Positions 58,527 through 64,000 of a stretch of DNA of 64,000 nt are shown in pieces. Under the pieces are notes generated by a model. It was not told where the DNA came from, did no database searches, and saw only the letters and a program-made list of their open reading frames with translations. Each line of letters begins with the position of its first letter. Within the stretch, counting starts at the first letter, position 1. The stretch is from an uncultured Desulfosarcina sp. Lineage in GTDB: Bacteria > Desulfobacterota > Desulfobacteria > Desulfobacterales > Desulfosarcinaceae. Made by a program: the position numbers and the translations under genes. The stretch is from the NCBI GenBank assembly GCA_963674945.2, contig CAXXWQ010000003.1, positions 1,984,001 to 2,048,000 on the forward strand. Reading direction: 5' to 3'.

Positions 58527-58774
58527 TATTGGTACGATGACCAACTTAGGCCAGGGAAAAAACTCCCTGGCCTTTATAATTTGAAAAAATAAAACAAAAA
58601 CAACTTAAGCACAAGGCAGGGTAAAAAAGAGATGGTGGGGTATAAATGAGATCGTAACAATTATGTAAACAACTGATAAAATTATAATAATAAATATTTT
58701 CCTGGTAAGATATCAAAAATGAAAATTACGGGTAATTCGTAAAAACTTACGGCTTTTTTACGGGCGTAAAATTT

Positions 58775-59467
58775 ATGAAAGAGGAGCTAAAAGATATAAA
58801 AAAAGGAGCCACCTGGCAAAATATTTATGAAACCTTGTGGCACATTGCTACTGTCCGGTATTGCACTCAGGAACAATTAAAAACTGCCTTTCCCAAGAAT
58901 GTCTGGCGCCGCAAATGCGCTACTCCTAAAAAGATAAAAATCATGGTTGAAGCCGGCTATCTTAAACAAAGCGAAACAGACGTAATAACTGCAACTCACA
59001 AGACCATTAATCTCTTAAAAACATATTCTGACTATAATACTGACATCATCAAATTGGGAAAAGGTGAGGGTGGAAAAGATACTTTATTTAACACCGAAAT
59101 TTTCTTTCAATTAATGGAGCTTCCTAATTTCTTTGCCATATTCTATCCAGAATTCTACGAACACCCAGGTGACCAGCATGTCTGGTTAGTTCCGGATGCT
59201 TGTTTATTACTTAAAGATAGTGATCAAATTAAAATGCAATTCATTGAAATTGAGCGGCCAAAACCAGACTGGGAAAAGCATCTTTGGGGTAAAAAACTAA
59301 AATATGAAAAAATAGCCCAGGATATTAATACCTGGAATGAATGGTGGCGCTACTGGAGTAAGGTATTAAAGATAAATTTATGTCCAATAGAAGATTTTGG
59401 TTTTTCGATTTGGTGTGTCGGCAGTGATAGCTTTGGCTGGCCAGGTTGGAAGTTTTCAAATTTATAG
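58775..59467 (+). CDS. Replication-relaxation-like protein (wHTH + PD-(D/E)XK)
   Basis: RY.T..QL, LVPDA, FIEIER, K..KY. Confidence 0.65.
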   Translation: MKEELKDIKKGATWQNIYETLWHIATVRYCTQEQLKTAFPKNVWRRKCATPKKIKIMVEAGYLKQSETDVITATHKTINLLKTYSDYNTDIIKLGKGEGGKDTLFNTEIFFQLMELPNFFAIFYPEFYEHPGDQHVWLVPDACLLLKDSDQIKMQFIEIERPKPDWEKHLWGKKLKYEKIAQDINTWNEWWRYWSKVLKINLCPIEDFGFSIWCVGSDSFGWPGWKFSNL

Positions 59468-59506
59468 ACTACATTTTATTCCCATTATTATTTCAATTAA
59501 ATTGCC

Positions 59507-59980
59507 ATGAAATATATACCCAAGAATATTCTTCGAGATACTTTTTGGTCTCCTCATAACAGATGGATGATCGGAATGGCAGTTGCTTGTACATATGGCG
59601 GAGCTTTATTATTTATAATAACTTTGATTCTAAAATTATTAGGCATAGGTTTTATCGTAGAGATATTCCACATTCCTGTATATATATTATCGAAATACGG
59701 AGACCATAGAATATTTTTTATTATGTATTATTTCACGATTGGTGGCCTAATATTTTACCCATCTTATAGGAAAAGAATTAAAGTCATATTTATCGGAAAA
59801 TACGATATATGCCCAAATTGTAATCAAAGTATTCGTATTTATGAAAAATGGCGGTGTAACTTTTGTAACCGATTACAGGATGAGGAAAGATATATTTTCG
59901 AGAAATGCAAACATTGTCATAGACGCGTTGACGTTTTTCTATGCGAACATTGTCATGAAGAGATAATAATGCCTAAATAA
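59507..59980 (+). CDS. Membrane protein with multi-CxxC zinc-ribbon tail (paralog 1)
   Basis: TMs plus CPNC, WRCNFC, CKHC, CEHCH. Confidence 0.8.
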   Translation: MKYIPKNILRDTFWSPHNRWMIGMAVACTYGGALLFIITLILKLLGIGFIVEIFHIPVYILSKYGDHRIFFIMYYFTIGGLIFYPSYRKRIKVIFIGKYDICPNCNQSIRIYEKWRCNFCNRLQDEERYIFEKCKHCHRRVDVFLCEHCHEEIIMPK

Positions 59981-60029
59981 AAACATTAAAATATTGGTCA
60001 TATAATAATAGCTACAAGGTTAAATTTCT

Positions 60030-60401
60030 ATGAAACAAACAAGAAGCTTAAATCTGCGCAAGAAATATTTAATATCGAAAATTTTAATGATCTTGAGTAT
60101 ATTTATTTTTTCCTGTTACTTTTATATTATCTTTTTTACTGACGCTCCGTATAGTCCGTCTTTGAATCTTGCTACATTCTTAATTTTGCTTTTTATAATT
60201 TTGTATGTAAGTCCAACTTATAAAAAATACTTTCCATGTCCCTATTGCGATAAAAGTATTTTAATAAAAGAAAATTGGCAATGCGAGTACTGCAATAAAT
60301 TTCAAAATAAAAATCGTTTCATATATCAAGAATGTATTCATTGCCACCGTCAACTTAAATCTGTATTTTGCGAGCATTGCCATCAGGAAATCTCGTTATG
60401 A
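60030..60401 (+). CDS. Membrane zinc-ribbon protein (paralog 2)
   Basis: CPYC, WQCEYC, CIHC, CEHCH. Confidence 0.8.
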   Translation: MKQTRSLNLRKKYLISKILMILSIFIFSCYFYIIFFTDAPYSPSLNLATFLILLFIILYVSPTYKKYFPCPYCDKSILIKENWQCEYCNKFQNKNRFIYQECIHCHRQLKSVFCEHCHQEISL

Positions 60402-60877
60402 ATAGTGATAAAGATATCTTAAAGCTTGACATTAAACAAAAAAGCAATCGAGATTTGTTTCGGTTTTATTTTGTAATTTGCCTACCTGCCGCCATTGCCG
60501 TATTGCTCTATATTATTGGCATTTATAGCCAAAATATATTACTTGTCGGAATCGTTTGCATTTTAGCATTTCCAACATCAATTCTATTTTATAATCAAAT
60601 TTTACAGGATGAGATGTGGATTGTTTTACATATTTTTTTATTGTTCGTTTTTATTAATTACAGGATTTATAAGAAAAGAGAGAATCTTTGGTTAAGTAAG
60701 TTTAGCGTTTGTCCATATTGCAATAAAAGCATTTTAGTTTATGAAAAATGGCAATGTGATCATTGTTATAATTTTCAAAAAAAGGAAAGGTATATATTTG
60801 ATAAATGCCAAATTTGCGGAAGGTTCGTAGATATTTTTTGCTGTGAACATTGCCACAAGGAAATAAGGATCAGATAA
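60398..60877 (+). CDS. Membrane zinc-ribbon protein (paralog 3)
   Basis: CPYC, WQCDHC, CQIC, CEHCH. Confidence 0.8.
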   Translation: MNSDKDILKLDIKQKSNRDLFRFYFVICLPAAIAVLLYIIGIYSQNILLVGIVCILAFPTSILFYNQILQDEMWIVLHIFLLFVFINYRIYKKRENLWLSKFSVCPYCNKSILVYEKWQCDHCYNFQKKERYIFDKCQICGRFVDIFCCEHCHKEIRIR

Positions 60878-61672
60878 ATGGTTTACACGAAAGCCACCAA
60901 AGAAGGCAGACTCCCTGTTTCAAGAAAACCGACCCGGCAGGAAATAGAAATATTAAAACAAAGCCAAAGCGGACAGTATCAGGTTGACCTAAACAGCCTT
61001 GGTGTTCACTCGCTGGTCAATGAATTGATTCTTAAATACAATCAAAATAACGATGTTGGCGTAATCAGGAGTTGGCTTAAAAGGCGGAAAGTGGAAGCGC
61101 AAAACCAGCAACTAAGCTCTTTGTTTGGCCTGGTTACTAACATAAGAGAAAATGCCAGTGATCTGGTAGAGTTTAAAGCTCAGCTTATGAGTCAACAGAT
61201 GGTGATGGGAAGCCGGATTACGGCAATTATTGAAGAAGCCAAATTCGCGGTAGACAGGCAAAGACAAGAACAAAAAACCTTCATAATTCGCCAGGCAGCT
61301 GAACGTGAACAAGCCAATTTAATGTTGGAAAGACTTAAACATGAAAATGAAGCGGCCCGGTGGCAGGCCGAAGCGGCTCGGTTCGAAGCCGAAGACTTAA
61401 AGCAAAAAGCCCGCATAACCGAATTAAGGGGGGATTTGATTGCCAAGATCATCCGGGAACTCTCATTTGCTGAAATTAATATGAAACAGGTCTTTGTCCT
61501 GATTGAAATGGTCAAAGACGCGTCCAGCCGGGACGATTTATTTACCGCTGATGCCCGCTGGGAACAGCTAAAAGCCGAAGCCGATAAGACCCAGGCCTTG
61601 GCTGACCAGGAAAAAACTAAAGCCGACCATGAGCGTTGGAAATTTGAGCAGGATAAGAAAGAGCCCGGCTAA
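60878..61672 (+). CDS. Coiled-coil hypothetical protein
   Basis: Long helical ORF coupled to the ATPase gene. Confidence 0.8.
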   Translation: MVYTKATKEGRLPVSRKPTRQEIEILKQSQSGQYQVDLNSLGVHSLVNELILKYNQNNDVGVIRSWLKRRKVEAQNQQLSSLFGLVTNIRENASDLVEFKAQLMSQQMVMGSRITAIIEEAKFAVDRQRQEQKTFIIRQAAEREQANLMLERLKHENEAARWQAEAARFEAEDLKQKARITELRGDLIAKIIRELSFAEINMKQVFVLIEMVKDASSRDDLFTADARWEQLKAEADKTQALADQEKTKADHERWKFEQDKKEPG

Positions 61673-62913
61673 TGTATGATTTTAAATTCGGCCGTTTAGA
61701 AAATTTAGAGCACGAAATAGCGCGCGTTAGGGATATAAGCGTCCGTTATCAGCATACCTATATTCTGGGTACGACCGGAACCGGCAAAACCAGCCTCATG
61801 CTCCGCATGGCTCTTTATGACATCAATTACGGCTGCGCCTGCATTTTTATCGATCCTAAAGGGGATCACGCCCGCGCCCTTTATAACCTTATCCCGGATA
61901 AAGACCGGGTCGTCTATTTTTCCTATAATCATCCCAGCTTAACCATTAATCCACTGCGCAAGAGCGGATATCATCCCCTTGATATTTCCGATGAGTTCAC
62001 TGAGGTTTTAGATATTGTTATCAAACAGGCATCGGCCACTAATCCTCCGGCCAGTGAGAATATGAAAGAGATTATTACCCAGACAATATTGGCTCTGGCT
62101 GAAGAAGATAGAAACATAGATTTCCTGTATGATTTTCTAACCTATAAAAATGTGAGAAATAATTATTTTCAAAAAAGTCGGCCGGATTATTGGCGGCATT
62201 TCGACCAGGTGCGAAAGGGCAGGGTAGCCGACGAGGTTTTAACGGCCAGAAGAATCGCCGTCCGCTTAAGTAAGTTTATTATGGATGAGAGGTTTAAAAA
62301 AATTATTTCGGGAAAAAATGAACTGGATATCGCTGACATCGCCCGAAATAAAAAAGTAATAATCGTGGATACCTCCGGCATGTCGCTTGATAAACGGATA
62401 TACATTACCGCCCTTTTCTCATTTGCCGTTAAATCATATTGCGAATTTCAAAAGCAGGAAAAATATTACCCGCTAATGTTTTACCTGGATGAATGCTGGA
62501 TGGGCGTTAATGACAGTTTTGAATATTTACTGTCTTTTGCCCGTTCCTTCAAAGTCGGCTTGACTCTGGCGCATCAAAACCTTCATCAATTTTCAGATTA
62601 CAAGACTGTTAAGAGAATCATTAGTATTTGTAACACCAAAGTGGCCTACTTCCCGGCCGGCAATGAAGAAGCGCGCCTGCTCGCGGAAATTTTCGGTTTG
62701 ACCCTTGACGATTTTCGTAAATTAGGGACCTTTCAAGCCTGGGTAAGGATCGGCAATAAAAATACTTTGGTCAAAACCTATCCGCCGCCTGAGCCAGAGA
62801 CTTTGGATGTCCCGGAGCTTGAACCGGAAAAACAAGCCATCTCCGATCGAACTAAATTGCCGGAAGAAACGAAAAATGTAAATTTCCTTCGTGATTGTTG
62901 GTTTCCTTGCTAA
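61672..62913 (+). CDS. VirD4/TraD-like coupling ATPase
   Basis: HTYILGTTGTGKT, FIDPKGD, YLDE, AR.F..GL.LAHQ. Confidence 0.88.
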   Translation: MYDFKFGRLENLEHEIARVRDISVRYQHTYILGTTGTGKTSLMLRMALYDINYGCACIFIDPKGDHARALYNLIPDKDRVVYFSYNHPSLTINPLRKSGYHPLDISDEFTEVLDIVIKQASATNPPASENMKEIITQTILALAEEDRNIDFLYDFLTYKNVRNNYFQKSRPDYWRHFDQVRKGRVADEVLTARRIAVRLSKFIMDERFKKIISGKNELDIADIARNKKVIIVDTSGMSLDKRIYITALFSFAVKSYCEFQKQEKYYPLMFYLDECWMGVNDSFEYLLSFARSFKVGLTLAHQNLHQFSDYKTVKRIISICNTKVAYFPAGNEEARLLAEIFGLTLDDFRKLGTFQAWVRIGNKNTLVKTYPPPEPETLDVPELEPEKQAISDRTKLPEETKNVNFLRDCWFPC

Positions 62914-63001
62914 AAAAGTTATTTCTTTAGGTTGGATTTGAGGAATGGGCTTATTCACACAAACCTCCGCCCCTGGGCGAACCGCAAGGGCGGAGAAAAG
63001 G

Positions 63002-63220
63002 TTAGGTCAGCCCATGCTTGTCCGGGCAAGTACGAGCCGGCCTTTTAGCAGGTTTGGAAGCAAGCTCCTTAAGGTTTGATTGCAGGATGTCACGGTCAAA
63101 AAAGATCGCTCCGGCCAGTTTAAATCGCCCGGGAATTTGGGCTTGCCTGGCATACACCCATTTAGGGGATTTTTTTAAAAAGGAAGCTACTTCTTTGACC
63201 GTGAGGTAGGGACTGTCCAT
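63002..63220 (-). CDS. Excisionase-like HTH protein
   Basis: YLTVKEVA.FL..S..WVY; GGAGG RBS; divergent from the integrase. Confidence 0.8.
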   Translation of the reverse strand: MDSPYLTVKEVASFLKKSPKWVYARQAQIPGRFKLAGAIFFDRDILQSNLKELASKPAKRPARTCPDKHGLT

Positions 63221-63403
63221 AACAAACCTCCGTTATGTATCCCTATTTCCTCACAATTCAATATCACCTTTTAACTTTTTAAAGTAAGAGCAAAACCGCC
63301 TCCATCTTTGAACCTACTATTGCCTTTAAGGAAAGGATAAAATGCTTATTTTGAAAAAGCAATTGATTATCTTCGGAGGGCAAGAAATCAGGACGAAAAA
63401 TCC

Positions 63404-64000
63404 ATGGGACAGTACAAACGAAAAATAAAAAAGGGTGTGCGCTGGTATTATTCCGGCCAATACCTAACGACTAAATACCATTCTAAGGCTATTTATTTGA
63501 CCAAGGGCGAATGCGCCAAGGCCGAGCGGGAAGAATTAAAAGAACTGGACAAAGAGGCCAGAAATCCAAGCAATGATATTAAACTTAAGGCCTTGATGGA
63601 GAACCGGCTGGATGAGATCGAAGCCAGGAAGTCAAAAGACTATTACCGGGAGAACCGCCGCTATTTCAAAAGTGCCCTGGCCGAATTCGGGGATGTCATG
63701 GCCAGCGAGGTCACCAAATCAATGGCCAATGACCTGCTTATCAAGGAAGCGCAGCGGCTAAGAAAAGAAAAAAAATCCAATTTCAAAGTTAATTCAATGC
63801 TCCGGTCTCTGAAGGCTCTATTCAATTACGGCAATAAAATCTATGACCTTGACCTGAAAAATCCCTTTAACCTGGATTTCTATCCTATAGACATTAACCT
63901 TAAATACATTCCGCCAGAAGGCCATATTGTAGCGGTTAAAGCCGAATGCAACGAAATCCAGAGCTTGTTGATAGATTTTGTGGACCAAACCGCCTGCCGG
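63404..64000 (+). CDS. Tyrosine integrase (partial, N-terminal)
   Basis: MGQYKRKIKKGVRWYY arm-binding region; N..LR.LKALFN core-binding region; ends at ...QTACR (box I). Confidence 0.85.
   Translation, partial: MGQYKRKIKKGVRWYYSGQYLTTKYHSKAIYLTKGECAKAEREELKELDKEARNPSNDIKLKALMENRLDEIEARKSKDYYRENRRYFKSALAEFGDVMASEVTKSMANDLLIKEAQRLRKEKKSNFKVNSMLRSLKALFNYGNKIYDLDLKNPFNLDFYPIDINLKYIPPEGHIVAVKAECNEIQSLLIDFVDQTACR

Larger units (their letters stand above)
24446..64000. mobile_element. tRNA-Phe-integrated AT-rich genomic island (right end outside the window)
   Basis: att fragment at the left; AT-rich composition; relaxase-like, coupling ATPase, integrase and excisionase genes. Confidence 0.8.

Noticed and set aside
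58303..58584. 93-aa ORF overlapping 58263-58526
   Set aside because: The other frame has the RBS and promoter context
1..64000. Retron or diversity-generating retroelement explaining the structured RNAs
   Set aside because: No reverse transcriptase motifs in any ORF in the window

Overview
The window has two parts. (1) 1-24217 is the left (early and head) portion of a GC-rich Mu-like transposable prophage, almost all on the minus strand. It encodes a repressor, Ner, MuA, MuB, DUF3164, gemA (split by an ISAzo13-family IS), Mor, lysis genes, terminase, portal, MuF with a C-terminal nuclease-like extension, head protease and a head decoration protein. It ends in a TG/CA terminus at ~24217. It also carries a type II hammerhead ribozyme and a kissing-loop RNA candidate behind the MuF toxin-like gene. 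(2) From the 3' half of tRNA-Phe (24401-24445, an att site) to the window end is an AT-rich integrative, probably mobilizable, defence-rich island. Its mobility genes are two replication-relaxation genes, a VirD4/TraD-like ATPase and two integrase/excisionase pairs, one beside an apparently intact attP. Its cargo is a complete type II CBASS with a 2TM-SAVED effector, an ECF-sigma / HTH / IrrE-peptidase module, TIR and EEP nuclease genes, two peptidoglycan hydrolase-partner pairs and a HEAT-TM-NACHT-HEAT protein. It also holds three copies of an IS1595-family element and one ISNCY-like element. The most notable unexplained signals are: tandem NrdR-like boxes over the CBASS promoter; a 24-bp motif repeated upstream of the sigma gene and of the small genes leading to CBASS; a ~177-bp palindrome-bearing repeat bracketing cargo blocks; and the RNA structures in the prophage. 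All family calls come from motif recognition by eye; no database searches were run.
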